Shown here: positions 1 through 12,903 of the stretch, piece by piece
How positions within the stretch are numbered: position 1 is the stretch's first letter
How the letters are laid out: every line of letters starts with the position of its first letter
NCBI GenBank assembly: GCA_002633005.1
Contig: NMRA01000009.1
Span: 391,061-425,730, forward strand
Length of the DNA stretch: 34,670 nucleotides
From: Phoronis australis
Lineage: Eukaryota > Animalia > Phoronida
Reading direction: 5' to 3'
Notes under the pieces: model-generated
What the model was told of the DNA's origin: nothing
The model's input: the letters and a program-made list of their open reading frames with translations, nothing else
Database searches by the model: none
Translations under genes and position numbers: made by a program

Positions 1-1463
1 GTATGTATGGATCAGACTTCCCTGCGACGCCACGACACCGGCCACCGTAGCGGGAGCAGCAAATTTCTTGACTAACACCTGCTGGATTAAGCAAAATGAC
101 GAAGTCCACGCATACACACATGCAAGCGTATCCAAATACAATTAAATGTATTTCCATGTGAAACCATTCAATGTTCTTTGAACATTGACTTGTGTGAGTT
201 CTTAATTTTCTTAGATCTGCCCAATCAGGTAGAACTGTGTTTCAAGTCATTCACTATAGGCAACTGAGGGTTCAAATTGGAAGTTCGCGTCGTATGACGT
301 CATATGACGTAGCAGATGCGAGCCTCATTTGCATATATTAGTGACATCTGTTGGTTCAAAAAAGAGGATCATGCCCGAGTACATGCCTGGGAAGAGGCAT
401 CTTTTGGAAGGATAAAACAAGTCATGTTCAAAGCATACTAGTGCCGTTAATATGCAGTCTTTGGGGACCAAAGTGGTGTCATTTTATAGCTAAAGAGTTA
501 AGCTTTCAAACACAATGCCTGGATTCCAGACGACTTTAACATTTACTTTTGAAATCACCTTTGAAAACACGTTAAAATGCGCTAAAACAGTTGTCCCTTC
601 CTGGTTATCTCTTCCTGATAACATTAACAATAAAACACAGATGACGCAACATTTAAGGGTACATTTCGAATGTCAGTGTAAGTGGAAATACAATTCACTA
701 AGTGAAATTACTTTCTACAGACACGGTCAGAATACGTTGAAATATGGACTGCTTGCCGTTTTGTGGCATAAGCAAGGTTTGCTTTAGTGGAGGGGCATAA
801 TACACCCCTGGTCAATTTCAGTTTTACTCCCCTCCGTCACTAGTCGACCCCCACTTTATCTCCGCCTTATTTTCGCCCTTTTCTTTGGTTGCTTCCGCAG
901 GCACGTTTGAAGGTAAACATTATTGGGGAGGTGGACACGAACCAATTTGACTTCGCCAGAGTTTTTGCCGTAGTCCCATTCTTCCTTATCGCCACCACTT
1001 CATGCGCGCCGCCACTTCACGCACGCGGACTTTTGCTGTTAGCGAAGCAAAGCACGTGGAGGCAGCTACCGGAAACTTGGGTACCCATGCTTCAACAAAA
1101 TTTCGTGGGAAAGGGTATTAACGTTTAGACCCGACACGGTTACGGGGTAGGATGTGATCTTGATCTTCAGGTGAGTATCGTTTACGATTTTAAGAATTTC
1201 ACTTTATTAAGATGCCAAAAAGATCAAAATCATTATTTAGGAGGTATAAAAGTAAGACAAGAAACCCCTACCGCGAGCTGCGAATTCTGGAGAAACCCAG
1301 GGAGAAACAGCACCACCTCGAAGTGAACAAACCAAACATCGTTTTAGAAACTTCACTTATAAGTTCGTCTCTTATTTCTGAAAGCGCAAAATAACAAGGC
1401 CTAAGATTCATGTTATTAGGATCAAGTGTGGGATAGTTCACTTCACTATAGGGTAGGCATTAA

Positions 1464-3104
1464 AAGGGAACTGTATTTTATTCTGAATAAATTCTGGGTA
1501 GTTTTCTATGAATTGTTGATTAATTTCACAAATAATTCAACACCAAAAATTAAACTTATGTTCTCTAACGAAGCTCAAAAAAATTACCGGCTTGGAGCGC
1601 TGCTTAGTCTCGTGACGTATTTGGCGGGGGTAAGGTCACTGTCCTGTGTTAGCGTGCAATCAAGTAGCGTTTTTTGTATTGTCGGAATAAGAAATTTTAG
1701 TGTGAAATTTCGGGTTACAAAGGATATCTGTTTGAGCAAAGGCAACACAAAGTGATACCTAGTCATCGTCATCGTCAGACGAAAATTTGCCGGTGTAACT
1801 GGTGTCAGTGACTGTGCCGAGGGCAATGTGGACACTAGCCATCCAGTCAGCCAGTTGTCAGCCAATACTCCGGCAGCTCTGTAAACTTGAAGGGTTGGTA
1901 AGTTACCGACTGTACCTGTATGAAGACTATCGTACCACTGTGTGTTGAGCTCCGTTAACCCCGAAATTTCAGACAGCCGTTGACTACCCGGGTATAGTTG
2001 ACTCAGTTATGCTCGTCACCTCGTCGTAAAACTTAGGCTACATCAACATATAAAGCTAACGGACCGGCGGGGGCGCATGCAAAATCTGATATAGTCACCC
2101 GACACTTCCATTGTTCGTTGCAGCCGTTTAAGTGGAAAACAATCAAATAAACGTCCTTTGGTAGCATAATTTGCCGCCTTTTTAACAAAGAAGTGTGTTG
2201 TCCGTTTCAAGAACAGCACGCTCGTGACACGGCGCACGCGCCATTTCATAAAAATTTGAGACGTCTTTCGGGACATCATAACAGCTTCGCAGCACCAAGG
2301 TTGTTCTAAAATTCGGTTTGCTGGTGTAAAAATACTAAAAACTTGAAACAAAATGAAACAAGCTCCGATAATTTGTTATAACATGTACGCAATCTAGGTA
2401 CCGTCAGCGACGAACACATGATAAAAGAATCAGGGGAAAAAGAAACTGGTAAAGGTCAGGTGACGTAATCGCAAAAAGCCGACTCAAGAAAACACATCAC
2501 AATTTTACTAGCACCAGCCGATGAACGATCGCTAACATTTCCAACACCGGTAAATACAGAAGTTAGTTTACTCTAGGAACCTGTTTCCTAGGTTTACTCA
2601 AGGATGACTTAGTTTTAATGACATTTATTTGAGTCACATTTTATTTGCACATTTTTTACCCATATCGGCTTAAACCTGTAGGCCTATATCTAGTATACAC
2701 TGAGCTTTGGGCCAAGGCTTGGGTAACCCGGCGATGGTATGCGATGACCATCCCTTTAGAAGACGCCTTTTTCGAAGAGTTTGAGCAACCAGGTGCCATA
2801 CAAAAAGGCATAGCGAACCTTTTACAGCACTGTGGCAAACAATAAAAAATAAGGACGATTGATACAATGATAAATTACGATGTAAACTCTTCAAATATGA
2901 CATAAGCAATGAATGTGCAAAGCAGCCGATACCCCGCCGTTCACGTCACTGACACATCAGCCAATCAGCGATCGCTTTCAGAATTTAGTGTTTTGACCAT
3001 GAATACGAATTGGCTTTTGTTTGGCACGCAATTCAGGCAAATGTGAGTTTTATTTGTATGTTAGAACCGATTAATTGCAACATTATTTTGACTACAGTCC
3101 CCTT
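1464..3104 (-). mobile_element. Kolobok-like non-autonomous DNA transposon (THAP-bearing)
   Basis: TTAA on both sides (1460-1463, 3105-3108). Short imperfect TIRs aagggaactgta / tacagtcccctt. A THAP N-terminus reads inward from the right end. Confidence 0.6.
2731..2811 (-). pseudogene. THAP zinc-finger N-terminal fragment (transposase remnant)
   Basis: MPFCMAPGCSNSSKKASSKGMVIAYHR fits the THAP start MPxCxxPGCxN...xHRxP. The C-terminal CxxHF half was not found. Confidence 0.6.
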
Positions 3105-3596
3105 TTAAAGAGATACATTTTGAAAAGATGCCATTCCGTGGTACACAGACTAAGGAACTGTTTCAAACTCCCTTGAATTGATACCCGAGTTTCTAGTGGC
3201 TACTTCCTCGCGGGCAAATTATATTGGCAAACAACAATGTCTTAGAGATCAAGTTATTTCAGATTGCCAAAAATCACCTAGTGGACGAACTACTTGTCGT
3301 AGGTTTGGGCTATGATGGTTGCGATCTTCTTGAATTTCAGCCTGCATCAAATTCCACTGAGTTTCATCAGTTTCTTACAAGATGTTCTCATAAAAGGCCA
3401 AAAAGAACTATAACGTCGCAGGTGCACGACATATATAAAACCAATTGAATAATATAAGAATTATATTGTCAAGTAATCAGCATTGAATCAAACGACATCA
3501 AGGTAAGTTAAAAAGCAACAAAGCTATTTATACAGGTCTGAGGCCACAGTAGAGACTTGTGTATCTCCTAGAGGCCTGTGAAGCTCCTCAAAAGTA

Positions 3597-5248
3597 AAAC
3601 AAGAGCAACGCGGAGCGTTGAAATGCACCCACGAATACACCGCAACGGAGTGTTTCTAGAGGTGTTTATTTGGAACATAAAATGGCCACTAGATGGCACA
3701 AAATACGTCGAATCCAACCGAAAACTGGTATGTGTCATCAAATCTATTTACCAAATATCATAAAAATCCGTCAAGGAACTTCTGACAAACCGAGGAAAAC
3801 AAAAAAGTGTAATTGCCACTAAGAGACTATAGGCGCAAAAAAACTACGAGACACCACAGTAGAGTCGTCTGAAAATCATCGTCAGGCTTCCTCTTCACAT
3901 TAGGAACATACATGCCAATTTCCACAACCATCCTTAGAGTAGTTTGGTTGACAGAGGTGCAAACGCCAAATAACACGACTCGAAAACACTAAAACTGGCC
4001 ACTAGGTGGCGCGCAATACCACAAATCAAACCAAAATGCGAAAGATAGCGTCAACTCACTAATAGATACCTACCTGCAAAATTTTATGAAAATCCCTTGA
4101 GGACCTTTGAAGATACACAGGTGAAATTAAATATATAAAATTGTCACTAGGGGGCACACCGGTAGTCAGATCCATCCGAAAGTCATCGTCGTTTGTTGAC
4201 AAGTTCATATAAATACACTTGTTAAATTTAATAAAGATCCTGAACAGGGTTTAGGAGATACAGCCTTGGGCGTAAAAAACTGCTACTAGGAGGCGCCACA
4301 GTTTTCAGGGTCGTCGGAAAATCATCGTCATCCCTCCTTTTCACATTAGGAACATATATGCCAATTTCCACAATCATCATGAGAGTGGTTTAGTTGACAG
4401 AGGGGCAGATGCCAAAAAAACAGACTCGAAAACAGTAAAAATGGCTACAAGGTGGCGCAAATTGCCTCGAATTCAACCGAAAACCGGATGACAGTGTCAC
4501 TCACTAATAGATGTCTATCTGCCAAATTTTATGAAAACCCATTGATGACCTTTGAAGATACAAAGGTAAACGTAAAAAACTAAAATTGCCACTAGGGTGC
4601 ACACCGGTAGCCCGATCTGTCCGAAAGTCGTTGTCCTCTGTTGTCAACTTCATATAAATACACCCGAAAATTCAATAAAGATCCTGTAGAGCATTTGGGA
4701 GGTACAGCCATGGCCGCAAAAACAAACAAAACTGCCACTAGTAGCAGCCACGGTAGTCGAAGTCAGCGGAAAATCATCGTCAACCACTCTCTTCACAGTA
4801 AGAACAAATATGCCAATTTTCAAAATCATCTCTAGAGCGGTTTGGTTGATAGAAGGGCGGACGCCAAAAACACACTCGAAAACAGTAAAAAAAGGCCATT
4901 AGTACTGTGGTGGAAAGTACCTCGAATCCGTCGGAAAACGGGAGGATGGCATTATCTCAGTCACTAATAGGTGCCTAACTGTCAAATTTTATGAAAATCC
5001 ATTGCGGACCTCCGAAGGTGCAGAGGTAAGTGTAAAAAATAAAATTGCCTCTAGGGAGCACAATGGTTGTCAGAGAGGTCCAAAATTCGTCGTCCGAAAT
5101 TCGTCGTCATAATTTGTCGTCAGCTTCATAGGAACAAATCTACCAAATCATCATCAAGATCCTGTGAGGGGTTTAATGAGGAGATACAGCTGCGGACGAC
5201 GCCCGACGCCCGCGCGGCCCAGTCAGAGATGACGGCAATATGCTACCA
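3597..5248 (-). mobile_element. Helentron/HINE-like non-autonomous element with central tandem array (~150-bp monomers, ~450-bp higher-order unit)
   Basis: Terminal ACAAGAG next to hairpin caacgc-gga-gcgttg (3606-3620). Short ggacgacgcccgacgccc repeat at the other end (~5193-5215). Internal landmarks recur, e.g. aaaatcatcgtc at ~3872, ~4318 and ~4770. The family label is inferred from architecture. Confidence 0.55.
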
Positions 5249-5341
5249 CAGCACCATACGCTCGATCCTTGCACAGCATCTCGGTCCAGTGGTTTCTAAA
5301 GGTTTATGGTCTGTAATCAGATCAAACTCTTTAGCAAACAC
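5249..5341 (-). pseudogene. Isolated Ty3/Gypsy RNase H fragment
   Basis: Translates KEFDLITDHKPLETTGPRCCARIERMVL, matching the Gypsy RNase H motif F.L.TDHKPL...ARIERW.L. Confidence 0.7.
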
Positions 5342-7909
5342 TGAGTAATCACTTTGGCCGTACCCAGCCAACTTCCCCAAGTGGCCAGGGTGTGCAAAAG
5401 TTGAATATTGATTGCATTTTTGCAAATGACCTCTGAACCAATCAAACACAATCGCGTATCTTGAATCTAAAACGACTCATTTTCAAACAGGGACAATTTC
5501 TGGGGGCACGGAGATAATTCATTTTATATGTATATGTCATACAAGGTAGGCCCTACGTGTTAGTACCGGCAGCTAATGTACATGATTGAAGTACAGCCAG
5601 TGATACCTGCATTTTGCCATATAGCTACTACGGCCCAATGTTCTTTTTAGTATGTCAATTCAAAACTCACCTCCCTCAGCGGAAGTAGACTGCAGTTCAC
5701 ACAACAGTAAAACCAGCAGGGACAATTTGAGGAGAATCTGCATGGCGTGGACCTTTTAAGTTAACAGCCGATCAAGACCGGCTCGCCAATCCGAGTTAGA
5801 TTTTGCAGGGCCGATGACTGCGAGATAAAATTAGCGACACGAGTCTTTCGTTTGATTTGTAACAACAGACGCAAGTACCGTACTTCCCGTCATTGTCACC
5901 CTCCCTAAGCGGCTGTAGATATGTAAATTATGATCAGGAAAATTCCACGTTTGTAGAGTCACCAGTAATGTTCTTGATCATAGTTAAGATACATTTGGAA
6001 TAGTTCATTTTTTGTGGTATAGACTGGGCCCTACACTAGCCTAGTAATCTCCAGAAGGGTATAATAAATAAAGACCGGATACTTTTGAGGCTGACTCTAG
6101 CACAATGGGTCCATTTTCACAGTTTGAATGGGTGGTTTCATTAATTTCCCCGAGAGGCAAATTCTCAACAGTTAGGAGAGTAGTCAATTACCCATTACTC
6201 GCCTTATCCTCTGACGTGTATCGTATCAAATACGGTACTTCTTAACCTGTTAGCAGAACTGATTAGGTCGTCGCCTATGAACTGTTTTCAAAAAATAGGT
6301 CATCAAGGTAGACAGGTTTGTAAAGAGTTGACAAACACAAGCTTTGTTGGCAGAGGTGTACCCGGGGCTGAGTATACTATCCTTGGTCGCGACGTTGGTG
6401 GTTTGAGTCGAGGAAGTAATATTTCGTCGTATTCAATGGCCAAGTTTTTATTGCTCCAGGTGTAGCGCTGTATTGTTTGCAATGTGCAGGAAAGCTATTT
6501 ATTGTATAGCTCACATCGAACAACAACAAGTGTCAAAATACTTCATACGACACCGACACTCAAATTTCATTGGATCCCTTTCGTTATCAATATTGCGAGG
6601 TACTTTGGGATAATCTTGACCTGCTTTGCCCAAAATTTTCAGAATTTCTACTTTCAGAAAATGTCACGGATTTATACATAATGAAGTTACGTACATATTT
6701 GGATAACAGGCTTGTCGATAAGGTCCTATAATATTTACGCTCGTCGTGTTACGCTCGTCTTTCTTTCCCTCGTCGTTTTATGTTCCTCGTTTTACACTCG
6801 TCGTTTTACGAACTCGACAGACGATCGTAATTCACGAGTGTAAATTAGTGGCAATACTTTCCTCCCCGGCATCGACAAACGTAAGAACAGGGTTTATGTT
6901 TTTAGGTTACAGTGGAAAGAACGTACGTGTAGTGTAATTTTTACCCAAATACGATACAGTGGACCAAAGTGTATTCGAACATTTTCTACAGATATTTACA
7001 CCTCTAATGTAAACGTCTCTAATCGACCATCTCCGCCAGCGAGTATCTGACTTGGCTTGACGTTAACAGAACCTATTCCAACAACTGATCAGCGCAACAA
7101 AGTGAAAGGTCTTGCTCTTGTCAGTCACTGGTTTTCTGTTTTCAATAACAAAGGCTTCTCGTACAAGTTACAATGAATGCAGTTGGCTTCTTGCTGGTTG
7201 TCCCGTCCCACACTCAGTGCCGAGTTTGTGACGACCCCTTACAGTTAATGTTGACCTGAGTTTCTCCATGAACGTTTTGGCCATGGATGAGAGTTCGGTG
7301 ACTACTGGTGCAGGTTTAGCAAAATGTGAACCGGCACTAATATAGACATTTTGATAAAAATGAACGTCAGTTAGGGGCGCGGGCTAGTGTCCAGTGGTGT
7401 AACGAGGGAGCGGGGCGGAAGTGATTCCTAGCGCCAACAGAGAAGGGACGCCGACGAGCCGTCACTACCCCAACAAGTAAGAAGTGGATGGACACAAGCG
7501 CAGGCAGGTTATCTTTCGTAGTGGGGGGCGCCGGAAATGTGAGCTCAAACCCTCCCCCTGCCCACGTGGTCAATAGCAGTTTCCCAGTGGCTCCACTACT
7601 CTTGGCTTCTCGACACTAGTCTTGCTCCTCCAGTAAGTCCTTTTCCTCCAACTTCCCTTCGGCTTTCTTAACTTAACGATAGAACTGTCAATCGACGTCT
7701 ATATGTTTGGTGAAGATCGACACGGTCATGGGCTGGGTGGAAACTCTTACCAGTGGCTCGCACCCTTCACACCAGGAACTCTTTTACCAGATACAAAATA
7801 CCACAGAAACTGAAGTCATACCAAATAGTTAATTTTCATAGGAAAAGATCGAAGTGTACCATAAAGTTTCTATGTGTTGTTGTTTCGGTTTATTGCGCTG
7901 AAAATGTCT

Positions 7910-8697
7910 GTGTGTCGAACTTGGCCTGTATTGACTCAACATCGCCTGATGGGCTGCTTACAGTCTCTGGGCTGGAGACAAAACCACCCCGGCGACAGGG
8001 CGAATCATTGCTAGTTCCCGGAATTGCACGCTCTGGAGGTACGTTCGGAGGCACGGAAGACAGTAGATGAAGCGCCTTCAGTCACTGTAGAGGCCACAGC
8101 TCGCTTCAAAAATTCACTTCTCGGGGCCGTGGCAACGGGGCACTACCGGGAATCAACAGCGACATTCACCCTTCTTCAGGCGTTGTTTTGCAGGAACCTA
8201 CAGTTCCGCGTACATATCTTTTTCGTAATCCAACGGTAGAAAATGCTTGCCACACACTCGGTAATTTTCCACTGTTTTGTAGCCTAAGTTGCGTGGACGG
8301 TAACGCGGCGTTCTTCACGCGAACGGGTCAAGTACGGCGGAGCGTGTCATCTTTCGGAAAATGGTGTAATGGCACACCAAAGTGCGCGAGACAATAACAA
8401 GTGCACCCCGGTACGCAGCAACCGTGCGGCATGTTGACTGACTCGTAAACAAATGCAAATAACAACCGAACTTATCACAACCGAGGTAAAACAATGATCG
8501 ACTCGACAGGTCACACAGTCAGACTATATGAAAACAAAATGTCGGGAAATCTTTAACCCCCTAAACGTCACTTCCGGAGTTAGGCACGACTAATTAATAA
8601 AACTATTGGAAGCCTTTATTAACCGAAACAAATGTCTGGAATAATCAACGAACCGTATTTTGACTAAAAATGACATGGAAAATGGTTGCCGTCTCCT
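7910..8697 (-). mobile_element. One-ended Kolobok fragment, same family as 17485..18796, with degraded THAP ORF starting at 8432
   Basis: Ends ggttgccgtctcct|TTAA (8698-8701). Colinear with ~17994-18796. Translates MPHGCCVPGC..FPKDDTLRRT* and, after a frameshift, YRVCGKHF..DY..RLKKG. Confidence 0.8.
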
Positions 8698-8889
8698 TTA
8701 ACCGTGTTCGTCAATTACTGATCAGAATGTACAAATCTGTTGGCGCACCGTTAAGCCTACCTTTAAAAGACATGCATTTGTTGGAACACAATTTATGTTT
8801 TTTTATTGCTATAAATATTTGGTTGGTATAACACAGGTCCCAATGAACTGCTAGGCCCGGTAGCCTATGGTATTGTTAAGACGGACCTG

Positions 8890-9430
8890 TTTTTAGATAC
8901 AATCCTGAGTTGATCTACTTCCAAACAACACATGAAAATCCCTTGAGAATAGTTGTCGAATTCGCCTGAAAATTAAATGGTGCCGACGCAATCTCATCAT
9001 ATACATCTGTGTCAAGTTTCGAAGAAATCCGTCAGTCGATTCTTTTATGTCATCCGGAAACACTCTTCCCTCAAACAACACTTGAAAAAACTCCTTATCG
9101 AGAACAAAATGGCCAGGTGCTACAGTGATCGAACCCGCTCGAAATGTTAATGTTTCCGGCGCATTGAAATCGTATACCTCTGTTTCACGTTTTATTGAAA
9201 TCCGTCCGTTGGTTCTCTAGAAATCATACGGAAACGCTCCAGCCCCAAAACTACTGAAAAAGCCACGCCCCCTGACCCCAGGGAGTGAGTCAGATTGAAA
9301 AGTGTTGACTTACACCCCTGTGCCAAATTTCATCAAAATACGACAAAGGGTTTTTGAGATATCGAGCAAGCACCCAAACATCCTAACAATCGGACGCACG
9401 GGCAAATTGACTACAATATGCGACCAAATG
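8890..9430. repeat. Degenerate HINE-like interspersed repeat
   Basis: Repeated (c)aaatttcat..aaatcc-type boxes (~8935, ~9012, ~9190, ~9323) resemble the monomers at 3597-5248. Boundaries approximate. Confidence 0.35.
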
Positions 9431-9432
9431 GG

Positions 9433-9474
9433 CGTGTGCGTGTGCGTGCGTGTGTGCGTGCGTGTGTGTTTGTT

Positions 9475-9515
<41 letters not shown>

Positions 9516-9516
9516 G
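9433..9516. repeat. (GT)n/(GCGT)n microsatellite
   Basis: Directly visible run. Confidence 0.95.
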
Positions 9517-10303
9517 GACGCATGAAGCGGAACAAGTATCCCGAAAGCCGTGTTTTCCCTAAGGTATATGTGGAGTTTTCAGGATTTTCCTACCGATGAC
9601 TTACATGTATGAATTTTTTCATTTTCTCACATTTTTGGGAATTAATAGCACAAAGAGTGTACGCTTACTTTTTGAAGAAGTTTACCACATGCAACTCTAT
9701 TATTCTACTTTTTAAGAGACCTTCTCTTCTTATTCCCCTGCCTTTCAAATACTAATTATAAGCCACGTCATAAAAAACAGTTTTCCATGCTATCCAAATA
9801 GAACACCTAGACCATCGACAGCAACCCTGCCAACTCTTACGGCACACCCTTATCCCACACCATAACCACACTTTTATCACAGACATTTAGTGCACGTGAC
9901 TGAAATAAATGTGACAACCATAGACAACGGTGCATGCCTAAGGTCACACTGTTTCCACACAGAAATGAGTATGTGCATAAAATATTGAACTGGCGTCGGT
10001 AGTCTCGTGACCGTGTTTTTACACGGTGATCGATGCGGAAACAAACACTGGTCTCTTATTTAAGTTTGATTTTATTGTCCTTAGGAGTAGCAATCAATTT
10101 TTAGAACAATTTTGTTGTTACAACGCTCATTTGAAACAAGTGACGTCATCCGTAGTTAAAGAATGACATGGGCTATAGCTCACTGCATGTTCTTTCTCAT
10201 CGGACGAGCTTATCTGATAAAATTAGTTGACAAGAGCTTCTCTAGGCATTCATAGAACACTTGAATCTAGCAGAGGGCATATACAACATTAAACGTGCAA
10301 GAC

Positions 10304-10610
10304 ATGTTGTTCATAACCACTGTTTTTTCACTCGTCTGTTTGGTCTGGTCAAGTAACTTGACCACTGACCAGTCAATAACCCAAATGAGAATCAGGATAC
10401 TGGGCTTAGAACAGCGGCTACATGGCATCAAATTAAGCAACGATCAGTTGCAAAGACAATTGTCGACGTCGTTGAAAGAACATCGTCGTTGTCGAGACTT
10501 CTTGGACGAGCGCTATGCAATTATTTTCGAAACCTCAAGTTTGTCGGAAAAGGTTGACTTATTGGATGCATTGGGAGACACAATTGACAAAATTATGCCT
10601 GTTTACAAAG
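10304..10610 (+). CDS. Secreted coiled-coil + tandem F5/8 type C (discoidin) protein, coding exon 1 (signal peptide and coiled coil)
   Basis: ATG at 10304. Hydrophobic MLFITTVFSLVCLVWS, then heptad-like ITQMRIRILGLEQRLHGIKLSNDQLQRQL. Phase-1 donor AAG|gtaaaa at 10611. Confidence 0.75.
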
Positions 10611-10777
10611 GTAAAACCTGTATTATAAAAATACTGAACAAGAGCAGTAACCTTTAAAGGCACTTCTGTTTTGTCATTTTCGAATTCATATAATACATTG
10701 CGTTTCATTAGGAACTGGCACCAGTGCATGGTATGAGGTAACTTTTTTAATATACTCTGTAACGTTCTTTTGCTTAG

Positions 10778-10968
10778 ACCTGTCGTTCAAAACAGCTTGC
10801 ACTCCTGAACCATACATAGAGAGAAGTGACAGCGCAGTCGTTCTGTCATCTTCTTCTCAGTGGGACAAATGGCATTCGGTATCTCGTTCGACATTGAACT
10901 ACGCGGCAGAGCAGCGTGGTGCACAGGCCTGGATACCCAGACGGAATGACAAAAACAGTTGGATTCAA
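10778..10968 (+). CDS. Discoidin protein exon 2 (FA58C domain 1, N-terminal part)
   Basis: Acceptor ttttgcttag|. Open frame DLSFKTACTPEPY...SSSSQWDKWHSVSRSTLN...AWIPRRNDKNSWIQ. Donor |gtaggt. Phases 1/0 match neighbours. Not in the supplied ORF track. Confidence 0.9.
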
Positions 10969-11075
10969 GTAGGTTTAAGGAACTGTTATTGACGGTTTTA
11001 GCAGGTGCTATAATTACTTTAAGAGACTTGAAAAAAATCTTGATTTGTACGACTTAATTGGTCAATAATGAACGC

Positions 11076-11333
11076 ATTACAGGCTTTATTATGAGGCGTT
11101 ACAGACTATTGTGAGGCATTACAGATTTTATTGTGAGGTATTATACAGACTTTATTGTGAGGTATTACAGACTTTATTGTAAGGTATTACAGACTTTATT
11201 GTGAGGTATTACAGACTTTATTGCGAGATATTATACAGACTTTATTGCGAGGTATTACAGACTTTGTTGTGAGGCATTGCAGACTTTATTGTAAGGCATT
11301 GCAGACTTTATTGTGAGGTATTATAGCCTTTAT
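11076..11333. repeat. 22-bp minisatellite (attacagactttattgtgaggt), ~11-12 copies, in intron 2
   Basis: Directly visible tandem units. Confidence 0.9.
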
Positions 11334-11528
11334 TGGAAATTTTGATGTGCTGATGCCAACTGGAGTCAAACGTGGAAATCTGTAAACTTGGTGCAAGGTA
11401 TTTTGTCAACATTCACTTTCATCTTCACCGATGTTTACGGACACTCACGCACACTTTTTAATGACCTTAAAGACTTGACTCACTGCAAGCAATGTAAATG
11501 AAATGAAAGTTTCATCAAATCTCTGCAG

Positions 11529-11667
11529 GCTGATTTGGGAGAAATAAAGGAAATTTCTGCCATCGCCTTGAGAGGAAGAGGGCGTCTATTTGGGCACAGA
11601 TGGGTACAATACGTCACCTTGTATACCTTGAGTTACAGCGCTGACGGCATTAACTGGGAGAAGAATG
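11529..11667 (+). CDS. Discoidin protein exon 3
   Basis: Acceptor ctctgcag|. ADLGEIKEISAIALRGRG...QYVTLYTLSYSADGINW is the FA58C core. Phase-1 donor |gtgaga. Confidence 0.92.
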
Positions 11668-12291
11668 GTGAGATGGATGCTTGCATTTATCTTTCATCAT
11701 ATTTTTTCTATAATTTGTGATATTATAATCGACATCGTTATGCTGAATGCTTTAAAATTGCAGGAACTTTTTGATGTAAAACTGAATGCATGTCTGGACC
11801 TATTTATTTGTCTGTAAACAGTGTCGCGCCCCAAGAACACTCATGTTATTCATATGTTAACATTTTTATAATAAATCAATGTTGACACCCTGACTTCAAA
11901 TTATTAAAATAATTTGCCAATTGATAGCATCTTGTTTACAGTGATAGGTTAGTACACTAGATGGTTGGAACATTTGAGCTTTCTAAATAAACTACTTAAT
12001 TGTGATTTTGATGACATGGATAATGTGAATCCATTTTTGTGGTGTCACCTTTCACATTCTGTAACATCGACGATCAGCTGAACACATACAATGTTGCAGG
12101 TGAACTTAGTGCACTGGAACCACACTACTTATAAACGTTTCGTTTTAATTAATTCGTAGTCTGCGGATTGAAATGTTGCGGAATTGTGGCTTTTTGGCTT
12201 TGCATTCCTTGTAACTGGCACAGCTTACTAAATCAATTCAAGTTGTATGCGCTACATTCAGAATAGTCGTGGTGTTGTGGCTTAAGTGCAC

Positions 12292-12650
12292 CTCTATGGC
12301 GAGCTGAAGACGCCCTCGCCTTCGCTACAAAGACACCGTCAAAGCCAACCTGAAGTGGTGCAACATCAAACCCCAGGAGCTGAAAGCTGTTGCAGGAGAG
12401 AGACCAAAGTAGCGAGACACGATTCGAAAAGCAACTGCCAGTTTTGAGGATGACCGCTGTAAGAGACTCGAAGCTGCTCGAGAGAAACGCCACTCAGCAG
12501 CATCCACCACTGTTACCACGACGGAGTTCCAATGCCCCACCTGTGCTCGACTCTGCGCGTCAAGACTGGGACTGCAGAGCCATCTTCGTGTACATAGACG
12601 ATGAGACACACAACCTACGTCATCTTCGGACCCAAAGGACTACCAACACC
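12292..12650 (+). mobile_element. 5'-truncated RTE-clade LINE 3' end
   Basis: LYGELK/RPRLRYKDTVKANLKWCNI...FQCPTCARLCASRLGLQSHLRVHRR* (stop 12602-12604, one internal stop). Typical RTE C-terminus with C2H2 finger and short 3' UTR. Confidence 0.85.
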
Positions 12651-12774
12651 GAATTAAAACAGGAACATATTGTATTGGAAACCTGACTCTGTTGGAGAGT
12701 ATTGCTATATCCAAGTTGCATTTCTCATGGGAAGTTTATTCCAGCAATTTTGTTTAGAAATTTGAAGACTGTTG

Positions 12775-12893
12775 TGTTATGTTTTTGTAATAGAAAGAAG
12801 CAGAAACGTATAAAAAAATATAAAATATATTGACAGGAATTAATAATGACGTCACAAAAGGATGACGTCATAGAAACCTATAACATTACAACA
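12775..12893 (-). repeat. 3' LTR (119 bp)
   Basis: Direct repeat of 17171..17290 with ~6 substitutions and 1 indel by manual alignment. Preceded on the minus strand by polypurine tract aaggcggggagg (12894-12905). Confidence 0.95.
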
Positions 12894-12903
12894 CCTCCCC
12901 GCC

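Noticed and set aside
290-335. Overlapping CRE palindromes plus octamer ATTTGCAT
   Set aside because: No associated gene start or snRNA is visible; probably part of an interspersed repeat.
7367-7780. GC-rich stretch with short ORFs
   Set aside because: Possibly TE coding debris, but no motif I can name in any frame.
9302-9562. ORF with poly-(CV) tract
   Set aside because: It is a translation of the GT microsatellite.
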